This document shows, piece by piece, positions 1 through 6,623 of a DNA stretch of 32,470 bases. The notes under the pieces were generated by a model. It searched no databases, was not told where the DNA came from, and saw nothing but the letters and a program-made list of their open reading frames with translations. Each line of letters begins with the position of its first letter. The first letter of the stretch is position 1. This stretch comes from a virus (taxonomy: Duplodnaviria; Heunggongvirae; Uroviricota; Caudoviricetes), in IMG/VR virus record IMGVR_UViG_3300048904_000202, positions 132,007 through 164,476 of that record; one strand, given 5' to 3'. A program made the position numbers and the translations under genes.

Positions 1-1
1 C

Positions 2-49
2 AAGGGCCGGCGCGGCACCAAGAAGCTGAAAGGCTCCAGCCACGCGTGA
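2..49 (+). CDS. 3' end of an upstream gene (…KGRRGTKKLKGSSHA*), product unknown
   Basis: Open frame 2 ending TGA 47-49, followed by hairpins; only 15 codons visible. Confidence 0.3.
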   Translation, partial: KGRRGTKKLKGSSHA

Positions 50-174
50 TCCCGGCCTGTCCGAAGAATGCCTACATCTTTCGGACAGCCAAGGTGGCCC
101 GTTAACCATATCTGTTTAGGTTAACATCCGGCGCGGACCAGTTAACCTTAACAGACCGCATCTCGTGGACCTCT

Positions 175-210
175 GGGGACCCTTTTCCTGAACGGAACGG
201 GGTCCCTTTT
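175..210 (+). terminator. GGGACCC/GGGTCCC inverted repeat followed by TTTT; possible terminator or DNA-level motif
   Basis: GGGACCC 176-182 pairs with GGGTCCC 200-206, then TTTT. Confidence 0.35.
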
Positions 211-1000
211 CGTATCTGGCTCATGGTACCTACTTTCAGCGTGACGCTCGGGGACCCTTCCGAAATGAGAAGGGGCCGGTGTTCCCGTTCGGGAGCAAAA
301 TAGCCCCGTAGCCGCGATCGAGCAGCATATGCTCCCGTACGGGATCATCACCGGTCACCATCACGCGCTAACTCCCACAGCATCACCCCACCGCCACCAA
401 TATACCACCACGACGCCGGCCGATCTCGCCAAACTGGCGCCCGGCGGCCGAAAAGTGTCCCAAACCGTTTTCTGTCAACAGATTTTGCCTGATTTTTTCT
501 GTCATCGCACCTGAAAAAGTGCCTATTTGCCATATATTTAGCTCCGTGCCACCGCGACGCAATGACCGAGAATGAGCATTAGTAGTCATCACGATTTCAA
601 TTGACACGATTTCGCTTGACCCGGCGAAAATCGAAAAACTGCCGGCCGGCGACCGCGATCGGGCTGAGGTGTCGACAGAAAAGCCTCCTTCTCGGTCAAC
701 ACGGCGAATCGCCCCGAATCAGGTCACGACTCGCGGAAATGCGTGGTTTTCCTCACTGGGAGCGACCGAGAACAACGGTTAGGGGAGGGCACGGGGGCGT
801 GGGGATCATAGCGCCGATCCGCATGGGGCAGGGACGGCGTCTCGACCCTCCAGAGTGGATAATGCCGGCGAGAGAAGCCTATTCGCCGGGATTGCCCGTT
901 CTGGACCCCATTTTTGGCCAAGAATGCGTCAAAATCTACTAAAAACGCTGTAAAAACAGCATTTTAGCCTCCAAAATCGCGTTTTTCTGCCGATTTCGGC

Positions 1001-1135
1001 GAACAGCGGAGGGTATTTTGACCAAGATCGCCGCGAACAGCGGTCGCCATTTTGGCCGGAGGACCCGCGAACAGCCGACGCCATTTTCGCCGCGCGCCCG
1101 GTGAACAGCGGACGCCATTTTGGCGGAGTCATTTT
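1001..1135. repeat. Tandem array, 4 copies, exact 34-bp period, core GAACAGC(G/C)G(A/T)CGCCATTTT
   Basis: GAACAGC starts at 1001, 1035, 1069, 1103. Confidence 0.9.
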
Positions 1136-1205
1136 CGCGCGAGAGCCAGACCGCGCCGCCGCCCGACCTCGCCAAATGGTTAACGCGCTGCTAACTGAGT
1201 ACGAG

Positions 1206-1340
1206 GTAAGGTTAACGAAAACAGCGAGCGCGTTAAGGTTGACGAGTAGTAAGGTTAACGATCCGGTTAAGGTTAACAAATATTAAGGTTAACGATCCAG
1301 TTAGGGTTAACGAGTGGTAACCCTAACGGATATGGTTAAC
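1206..1340. repeat. TTAAGGTTAAC array: three 34-bp units, each made of 16+18-bp subrepeats
   Basis: Units start 1233, 1267, 1301; TTAA-like doublets at 1206, 1233, 1249, 1267, 1283, 1301, 1317. Confidence 0.85.
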
Positions 1341-1356
1341 AAATTCACGGCGAATA

Positions 1357-1436
1357 TTAACTATCTTTCTCGTGGACTCGTGCTGGACTATCCCCTAGAC
1401 CGTGATTGCGCCGATTCGCGGCGCGGGAGACACAAC
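1357..1436 (+). promoter_or_regulatory. Early cassette promoter-leader A
   Basis: TTAA 1357, CTCGTGGA 1369, TGGACT-N17-TAGACC (1373/1396), hairpin GCGCCG-ATTCG-CGGCGC from 1408, SD GGGAGAC. Confidence 0.75.
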
Positions 1437-1805
1437 ATGCAAGTTTTCAAACGCCTTTCCGCCGCACTCAAAGCCGCAGGTGACGGCCCTTATCTCCGTA
1501 TCGGAACCGGTAACGATAAGCTCTACATCGTCGGTATCGAAAGCCATACCGGAATTGAGCTTGTCAGCGAAGTGAAGCCTCCCAAAGGCTCGCAAACAAC
1601 CGGCTCGCGCCTCATTTCCGGGCAAGTTCTTCTCGGACATCTCGACCGGCTGGGTAACGCCAACAGCGCGGCGGCCGCTCGCCTGAATCGGGAACCTACG
1701 TTCCGTCAAGCTGGTCTGTCGCAAAACTTCATGCGCGAAGCTGACCGCGAAGATTACGAGACCATGTGCCAAGCCGAAAAAGCGAAACAGGCGGAGATCG
1801 CGTAA
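1437..1805 (+). CDS. Hypothetical early protein, 122 aa (MQVFKRL…)
   Basis: ATG behind conserved GGGAGAC SD; start re-called from the track ORF 1314..1805. Confidence 0.8.
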   Translation: MQVFKRLSAALKAAGDGPYLRIGTGNDKLYIVGIESHTGIELVSEVKPPKGSQTTGSRLISGQVLLGHLDRLGNANSAAAARLNREPTFRQAGLSQNFMREADREDYETMCQAEKAKQAEIA

Positions 1806-2056
1806 TGTACGTCATCCGTCACAGCATCACCGGCAACGCCATATCGTCGCATCTATTCGAGATGACCGCAAAAGACCTTCGCGAGGCGCAAGCGTCCGAT
1901 ACGTACGATATCGAGGCGAACACGGGCGACGGCGTGTTTCACGAACACGTCACCGCCGAACGCGCACACCGCCATGTCAAACAGGGCCGCATACATTCAA
2001 CGCCGCTCTATATCGACGATCGCGGACGCATCCGCTACGCGCGGGACGGTTACTGA
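1805..2056 (+). CDS. Hypothetical early protein, 83 aa
   Basis: TAATG stop-start overlap with the upstream gene. Confidence 0.75.
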   Translation: MYVIRHSITGNAISSHLFEMTAKDLREAQASDTYDIEANTGDGVFHEHVTAERAHRHVKQGRIHSTPLYIDDRGRIRYARDGY

Positions 2057-2286
2057 TGCAGCGCGTAGAGATCGCACGGGGCGGCGGATTCGCCCTTATC
2101 AGCATCGGTAACGGGTGGGCCTATGAACTGGGCTGCAACGGCGCCAGTGGGACAATTTTCGTCCAAGGTGACGACGCAACCCAGTTTCGCGAGGAATGGG
2201 ACGCGCTGGAGCAAGCGAAGCCAGACACCCACACAACCGCGCTACTGCGCGAGATGTGGGACCGATATGCGGAGATCGCTAGTTGA
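2056..2286 (+). CDS. Hypothetical early protein, 76 aa
   Basis: TGATG overlap; FVQGDDA motif. Confidence 0.75.
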   Translation: MQRVEIARGGGFALISIGNGWAYELGCNGASGTIFVQGDDATQFREEWDALEQAKPDTHTTALLREMWDRYAEIAS

Positions 2287-2354
2287 TTGGCGCGATCGGG
2301 CGACTCATCTGTGGGCTGTTCCTGATACTCATCGCGGGCGCCTTCATTCTCTAA
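2283..2354 (+). CDS. 23-aa hydrophobic microprotein MIGAIGRLICGLFLILIAGAFIL
   Basis: TTG start overlapping upstream TGA, GGAG at 2271, ends just before terminator; paralog at 6423-6494. Confidence 0.65.
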   Translation: MIGAIGRLICGLFLILIAGAFIL

Positions 2355-2357
2355 CCC

Positions 2358-2383
2358 GGCGGGCCACGGCCCGCCTTTTCTTT
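2358..2383 (+). terminator. Intrinsic terminator
   Basis: GGCGGGC-CACG-GCCCGCC then TTTTCTTT. Confidence 0.85.
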
Positions 2384-2399
2384 ACCCGGTAACCGGTCG

Positions 2400-2518
2400 T
2401 TAACCTTAACAAAATCGCCTCAGTCCATTAACCATCTAACTCGTGGGCCATTGTTGACTCCTGCTGGCGATTCAGCGTAGATAACTCCTACACCGATTCG
2501 CGGTGTGGGAGACACGAC
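2400..2518 (+). promoter_or_regulatory. Early cassette promoter-leader B
   Basis: GTTAACCTTAAC, TTAACCAT 2428, CTCGTGG 2440, TTGACT-N18-TAGATA, 9-bp hairpin with ATTCG loop, GGGAGAC. Confidence 0.8.
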
Positions 2519-2659
2519 ATGCAAGTAACTGTTACCATCCCGGCGAGCGTACAGGCCGCCAAAATCGCGGCACGCGCCGCGCCGACCATGGCGGAAGCCG
2601 CTCGCATCTACTGCGACGCTCTGCGTAGCGCTAAGCTGCCTCTCCCGGTGATCCGGTGA
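2519..2659 (+). CDS. Hypothetical early microprotein, 46 aa (MQVTVTIPAS…)
   Basis: ATG directly behind conserved SD; below the ORF-track size cutoff. Confidence 0.75.
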   Translation: MQVTVTIPASVQAAKIAARAAPTMAEAARIYCDALRSAKLPLPVIR

Positions 2660-2733
2660 AGGCCCGCGCTCGCAAGCGGGCGGACCGCATCGCGGCGCTC
2701 TCGCGCTGGATCATGAAGGGACGGAAGGGCTAA
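2656..2733 (+). CDS. 25-aa Arg/Lys-rich peptide MKARARKRADRIAALSRWIMKGRKG
   Basis: GTGA overlap; fills the gap exactly up to the next gene's RBS. Confidence 0.5.
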   Translation: MKARARKRADRIAALSRWIMKGRKG

Positions 2734-2736
2734 GCC

Positions 2737-3207
2737 ATGACCACCAAAAAAGCTCAAAAGGCCGCTGAAATCGCGGAAGCGATAGAATCGCTGCGCAAGC
2801 TGATCAAGCCGGGCGACACGATTTATTGCGTCCTGCGGTCGCGCTCCTCGTCGGGCATGTCGCGGGTTATCGACCTGCTTATTCCCTATCGGGAAGTCAT
2901 TACCGAATATCCGCCACTCCCGGCCGATAAGGCGGAATATCCGGGACAACGCGATTACAACGCAAAGCCCAAAACCAAAGCGGGCAAGCTCCGTATTCGC
3001 TCGATCGGCTGGACCGCTTCGAAAGCTATGGAGCGGACTCACGACTCGGATAAGGGAGGTATTTCCATCGCTGGTTGTGGGATGGATATGGGCTTTGCCC
3101 TCGTTTACGATCTGGGGCGTACGCTTTACCCGAAGGGCGCGAAGGGAAGCGCCCTCAGGGAAGGACAGAAAGACGGCGGGTACGCTTTCAAACACGAATG
3201 GCTTTGA
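2737..3207 (+). CDS. Hypothetical phage protein, 156 aa (KPGDTIYCVLR…SGMSR; GCGMDMGFALVY motifs)
   Basis: Clean ORF, purine-rich RBS, followed by terminator. Confidence 0.85.
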   Translation: MTTKKAQKAAEIAEAIESLRKLIKPGDTIYCVLRSRSSSGMSRVIDLLIPYREVITEYPPLPADKAEYPGQRDYNAKPKTKAGKLRIRSIGWTASKAMERTHDSDKGGISIAGCGMDMGFALVYDLGRTLYPKGAKGSALREGQKDGGYAFKHEWL

Positions 3208-3210
3208 CTG

Positions 3211-3237
3211 GGAGGGCTACGGCCCTCCTTTTCTTTT
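3211..3237 (+). terminator. Intrinsic terminator
   Basis: GGAGGGC-TACG-GCCCTCC then TTTTCTTTT. Confidence 0.9.
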
Positions 3238-3252
3238 GCGCAGAACTCTTCG

Positions 3253-3361
3253 TTAAGGTTAACCGCCGGCCGGAAACCGTTAACCGTCTATCTCGTGGAA
3301 TATTGCTTGACCCGACTCGTGGACTCGGTCTAGACCCTGATTCGCAATTGGGAGACGCAAC
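3253..3361 (+). promoter_or_regulatory. Early cassette promoter-leader C
   Basis: TTAA at 3253/3259/3280, CTCGTGGA 3292 and 3317, TTGACC-N18-TAGACC, TG-ATTCG-CA, GGGAGAC. Confidence 0.75.
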
Positions 3362-3523
3362 ATGTGCCTGACAGTGAAAAAGTCCCGCGACGGTAAGACC
3401 ATCATGGTTTCTCGCAACGGACGGTTTGACGTGTCGCAGCGTGACGGGCGCGGCGACTGGGTTCGCAAGCTCGAACAGGTTTCGCTTGGCGAAGCCGAGT
3501 CGTTCATGCGTTTGCATCCGTAA
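3362..3523 (+). CDS. Hypothetical early protein, 53 aa (MCLTVKKSRDG…), paralog of 4254-4457
   Basis: ATG behind conserved SD; sequence similarity to 4254-4457. Confidence 0.75.
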   Translation: MCLTVKKSRDGKTIMVSRNGRFDVSQRDGRGDWVRKLEQVSLGEAESFMRLHP

Positions 3524-3534
3524 GGGGAGGGGCC

Positions 3535-3690
3535 GTGTTGTTCGCTACTCGCACCAAGCTGGCTTGGTTTACCGTCGTGACGACGTTGCGGACGTTCCGC
3601 CTCGAAGCGGCGGACCTCGCGACCGCGACCGAAACCGCGTCGCATATCATCATTTCCTGTATCGAAACCGTAGTGGAGGTAAAACCATGA
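3535..3690 (+). CDS. Hypothetical protein, ~51 aa (GTG 3535 or TTG 3538)
   Basis: GGGGAGG RBS at 3524-3530; ATGA overlap with the next gene. Confidence 0.6.
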   Translation: MLFATRTKLAWFTVVTTLRTFRLEAADLATATETASHIIISCIETVVEVKP

Positions 3691-3884
3691 TCCAGATCAT
3701 TGAGTCCAACATGTCGCGCCGCACCGTCATCGCGACCGCGCCCGATTTCGCCGCTGCCAAAGCGAAGGTTGAGGCGATGGGTGTCGCCTACATGGAGGAT
3801 GACGCCGATCACGCCGATTGCGCTGACGCCTACACAAATGACGGGCGCGTCATCGCGATTCAGCCCGAAGGGTTCAAGCTGTGA
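3687..3884 (+). CDS. Hypothetical protein, 65 aa (MIQIIESN…)
   Basis: GGAGG RBS, ATGA overlap. Confidence 0.75.
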   Translation: MIQIIESNMSRRTVIATAPDFAAAKAKVEAMGVAYMEDDADHADCADAYTNDGRVIAIQPEGFKL

Positions 3885-4093
3885 AGCTGGAGCCCGTAAC
3901 CGTTCGCCTAGAATTAGATCGGGCAAGCCTTAATCGCTATCTAGGCAACGTCGAAAGCGTGCCTTTAGAGACGGCCGTAGCGGAGCTTTTGGGCAATCTG
4001 CTAGGTGAGTTGCCTTTCTATTGCGAGCGTTGCGGGACGGCGCATCAAGAGGATACCGGAATCAAAGGACGGTTTGAGATCATGGAAAGCTAG
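3881..4093 (+). CDS. Hypothetical protein, 70 aa, with CxxC (CERC)
   Basis: GTGA overlap; ends at terminator. Confidence 0.7.
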   Translation: MKLEPVTVRLELDRASLNRYLGNVESVPLETAVAELLGNLLGELPFYCERCGTAHQEDTGIKGRFEIMES

Positions 4094-4118
4094 GAGGTCC
4101 GCAAGGCCCTTCCTTTTT
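4093..4118 (+). terminator. Intrinsic terminator
   Basis: GGTCC-GCAA-GGCCC stem with extension, then TTTTT. Confidence 0.7.
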
Positions 4119-4133
4119 GGCGGTAACTGGAGG

Positions 4134-4253
4134 TTAACCTTAACGAACGGCCGCGAATCGTTAACCATCTAACTCGTGGACTCAGTGTTGACTCGTGGAC
4201 TCGACTCGGGCATTAAGGTGCTACGCCGAGTCGTGGCGTATGGGAGACACGCA
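4134..4253 (+). promoter_or_regulatory. Early cassette promoter-leader D
   Basis: TTAA 4134/4140/4161, CTCGTGGA twice, TTGACT 4188, six GANTC sites, hairpin TACGCCG-AGTCG-TGGCGTA, GGGAGAC. Confidence 0.8.
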
Positions 4254-4457
4254 ATGAATACCGTTCGCAAGAGCCCCGATGGAAACATCATGATCGTACA
4301 GCGTCCTAGCGGCTATGCCGTCTCGACCCGTGCGCCGCACTGGAACCCCGGAGATTCCATTCGCATCATCGGCGTGCAAACGCTGGAATGGGCAACGGTC
4401 GCAAAAGGCTTGGACCTCAGCGCCGCAACCGCCATGTTTGACAAGCTGGCAGCCTAA
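4254..4457 (+). CDS. Hypothetical early protein, 67 aa (MNTVRKSPDG…), paralog of 3362-3523
   Basis: ATG behind conserved SD; start re-called. Confidence 0.8.
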   Translation: MNTVRKSPDGNIMIVQRPSGYAVSTRAPHWNPGDSIRIIGVQTLEWATVAKGLDLSAATAMFDKLAA

Positions 4458-4469
4458 GGAGTCCTAACA

Positions 4470-5027
4470 ATGCCTGAGTTCATCGCGGATACAGACGGGA
4501 CCGTAAATGGCATGTCGTTTGACGACCTGTCAGACATTTTTCAGGGCTACGTTGAAGCCATGCTTTTCACCGAAACTTGCAGCGGTATCAGCATGGTCGA
4601 TTGGAACGACCCGAAAAACGTCGAGGATGTCGAGGAAGGGCGCGCCGATGGAAGCATCCCGACCGACGCCGGATGGGGCGACATTCATCCCAACTCGGCG
4701 GAGCGCATGCAACTCGATTGCTTCAATTTCGAGGTTGAAGCTCGCGACCTGTTGGCGCAAGCCTATCGCCATACCTTTCCAGCCCGCACGATCGGCGACG
4801 GGACGTTGCCTGATAGTCACCGCGAAGCATGGGACTATGACGCGAAAGCGGCCGGCCGCGACTTTTGGTACACCCGCAATGGTCACGGTGTCGGTTTCTG
4901 GGATCGTGGACTCGGCGACATTGGCGACAAGCTAGCGGAGATTGCCCGCAAATATGGAACGGTAAACGTGTCGTTCGGCCCGGATGAAAGCTCACCGACC
5001 GGTTACGGATACGTCTACGCGGAATGA
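4470..5027 (+). CDS. Hypothetical phage protein, 185 aa, acidic, DFWYTRNGHGVGFWDR motif
   Basis: AAGGAG RBS, clean ORF, terminator after. Confidence 0.85.
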   Translation: MPEFIADTDGTVNGMSFDDLSDIFQGYVEAMLFTETCSGISMVDWNDPKNVEDVEEGRADGSIPTDAGWGDIHPNSAERMQLDCFNFEVEARDLLAQAYRHTFPARTIGDGTLPDSHREAWDYDAKAAGRDFWYTRNGHGVGFWDRGLGDIGDKLAEIARKYGTVNVSFGPDESSPTGYGYVYAE

Positions 5028-5033
5028 AGGGGA

Positions 5034-5062
5034 GGGGCTGGGCAACCGGTCCCTTTCTCTTT
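5034..5062 (+). terminator. Intrinsic terminator
   Basis: GGGGCTGG-GCAA-CCGGTCCC then TTTCTCTTT. Confidence 0.75.
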
Positions 5063-5077
5063 GCTGGTATGCACTCA

Positions 5078-5206
5078 TTAACGTTAACGAACGTGTCCGA
5101 TCTGTTAACCAAACAAAAAGAGGTCTAACTCGTGGACTCATGTTGACTCAGCACGTGGACTCGTCCATCACTTTCCTACGGCGACTCGCGCCGTGGGAGA
5201 CACAAA
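5078..5206 (+). promoter_or_regulatory. Early cassette promoter-leader E
   Basis: TTAA 5078/5084/5105, CTCGTGGA 5129, TTGACT 5143, 9-bp hairpin with ACTCG loop, GGGAGAC. Confidence 0.8.
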
Positions 5207-5332
5207 ATGCGTATTACTTTCGAGGTGAAACCGGGTAACAAGCTGGGCAAGCGGATCGACCGCGCCGACAAGCGCGACCGTCGCGAGCAGCGCCGGGCGA
5301 AGGAAGCCCGCCAGCGTTTCTTTCACGCCTAA
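5207..5332 (+). CDS. 41-aa arginine-rich peptide MRITFEVKPGNKLGKRIDRADKRDRREQRRAKEARQRFFHA
   Basis: ATG behind conserved SD; stop abuts the next RBS. Confidence 0.75.
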   Translation: MRITFEVKPGNKLGKRIDRADKRDRREQRRAKEARQRFFHA

Positions 5333-5345
5333 GGAGGGCGACACA

Positions 5346-5831
5346 ATGGAAGCTCAGTTCCGCAATATCGACATCAAGGGACCGCAGCGCGTCAAGTTCC
5401 AGTGGCGTCGCGAAACGCCACGCGATGAAACGTCCGACCGTCCAGACGAACGCGATGATGGTTTCTGGCCGTCGCTCAACCCGGAAGAAGCCGGCTATAT
5501 CGGCGACGCCGAGCCGTCCGACGTTGATGGCGCTGCACAGCAAGCCCGCTACGACTCTGCGCTGGCAGCCGCTGAAAAGCGTATGGAAGCATGGGAAAAT
5601 GACGAATGGGAGTTCGTCGGTGTCGTCGCCGTCGCGGAAGTCGCTATCCCTATTGGTGGTGGGTCCTACGCCCTCCACACGTTCCGCTCGCCGGGCGTTT
5701 GGGGCGTGGAAAGCGATGCGGGAGATTATCTTGACACGCTCTATGTAGAGCAAAAGGCCGAGTTGCTTGCACAACTCCGCACGCTGGGCGCGGCGCTTGG
5801 TCAACCCGCCGACTTCGACGAGGAAGGCTGA
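5346..5831 (+). CDS. Hypothetical phage protein, 161 aa, acidic (EWEFVGVV…GVWGVESD)
   Basis: AAGGAGG RBS, terminator after. Confidence 0.85.
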   Translation: MEAQFRNIDIKGPQRVKFQWRRETPRDETSDRPDERDDGFWPSLNPEEAGYIGDAEPSDVDGAAQQARYDSALAAAEKRMEAWENDEWEFVGVVAVAEVAIPIGGGSYALHTFRSPGVWGVESDAGDYLDTLYVEQKAELLAQLRTLGAALGQPADFDEEG

Positions 5832-5838
5832 AAGGCGA

Positions 5839-5862
5839 GGGGGCGGGGAAACCCGCCCCTTT
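5839..5862 (+). terminator. Intrinsic terminator
   Basis: GGGGCGGG-GAAA-CCCGCCCC-TTT. Confidence 0.8.
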
Positions 5863-5867
5863 CGTGG

Positions 5868-6006
5868 TTAACGATAAAGGCCTACAGGTTAACCTTAACA
5901 AACCGACCTAAATCATTAACCATCTGACTCGTGGAATTATGTTGACCCGACTCGCGGACTTCGCCTAGACAGGTATTGTACCGATTCGCGGTGCGGGAGA
6001 CACGAA
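5868..6006 (+). promoter_or_regulatory. Early cassette promoter-leader F
   Basis: TTAA 5868/5889/5895/5916, CTCGTGGA 5928, TTGACC-N18-TAGACA, hairpin TGTACCG-ATTCG-CGGTGCG, GGGAGAC. Confidence 0.8.
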
Positions 6007-6426
6007 ATGCATAACGCCAAAATTCAACCGGCTTGGGCTCAATTCATCAAGCGCGACCAAACGGAAAACCGCGTCGCGTTCGTCGCCGCGCTCCTGATGG
6101 AACGCGTTCCACTGGCGCAATCTAAGCGAGCGATCGAGAAAGGGGATGATTTCAAGCTTAGGTCGCATATCGCCGAGGGCTTCGCCGTCGAGTTGTCGCG
6201 GCTTGCGCGCGCCATTAAGCGCCACGCTGAGAATGCGTGCAATCGCGAAGTGTCGGAAGCCGAGGAAGCGCGCGACGCCAAGAATCAGGCCCGTTTCGCT
6301 GCGATTGCCTCAGCGCTTGGTTTCGAGGCCCGCACCGGCGGCGATCCTCGTGGCGCGTGCGCCTACTTGATCGATCCAGATGACCGGAAGGGGGATGGCT
6401 GGGGCGAAGGCTGGGCGGTCTATTGA
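6007..6426 (+). CDS. Hypothetical early protein, 139 aa (GGDPRG motif)
   Basis: ATG behind conserved SD. Confidence 0.85.
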   Translation: MHNAKIQPAWAQFIKRDQTENRVAFVAALLMERVPLAQSKRAIEKGDDFKLRSHIAEGFAVELSRLARAIKRHAENACNREVSEAEEARDAKNQARFAAIASALGFEARTGGDPRGACAYLIDPDDRKGDGWGEGWAVY

Positions 6427-6494
6427 TATCCGCCCTAGCGCGCCTTTTCGGCGGACTTTTCCTAATCCTACTGGCTAGCGCCTTTCTGCACTGA
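6423..6494 (+). CDS. 23-aa hydrophobic microprotein MISALARLFGGLFLILLASAFLH
   Basis: TTGA overlap; 14/23 identical to 2283-2354; precedes a hairpin. Confidence 0.65.
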   Translation: MISALARLFGGLFLILLASAFLH

Positions 6495-6504
6495 GCCCAA
6501 ATCT

Positions 6505-6532
6505 AGGCCGGCGCCAACGCGCCGGCCTTTCT
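6505..6532 (+). terminator. Probable intrinsic terminator
   Basis: AGGCCGGCGC-CAAC-GCGCCGGCCT then TTCT. Confidence 0.7.
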
Positions 6533-6623
6533 ATGTGCCTGCCACATGGGTTAACACAGCACCATGAACTATTAACCAGATTTGTTCGTAGACTGGTAAG
6601 GTGACAAGCCATAAACTGGGCGC

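Noticed and set aside
329-1286. Track ORFs 329-514, 601-942 and 1101-1286 as real genes
   Set aside because: No RBS, atypical composition, and they run through repeats and A-tracts better explained as DNA signals
1001-1340. 34-bp periodic arrays as a CRISPR array
   Set aside because: The whole period is 34 bp with only ~15 bp of variable linker, the repeats are degenerate, and there are no cas genes; this does not fit repeat-spacer dimensions
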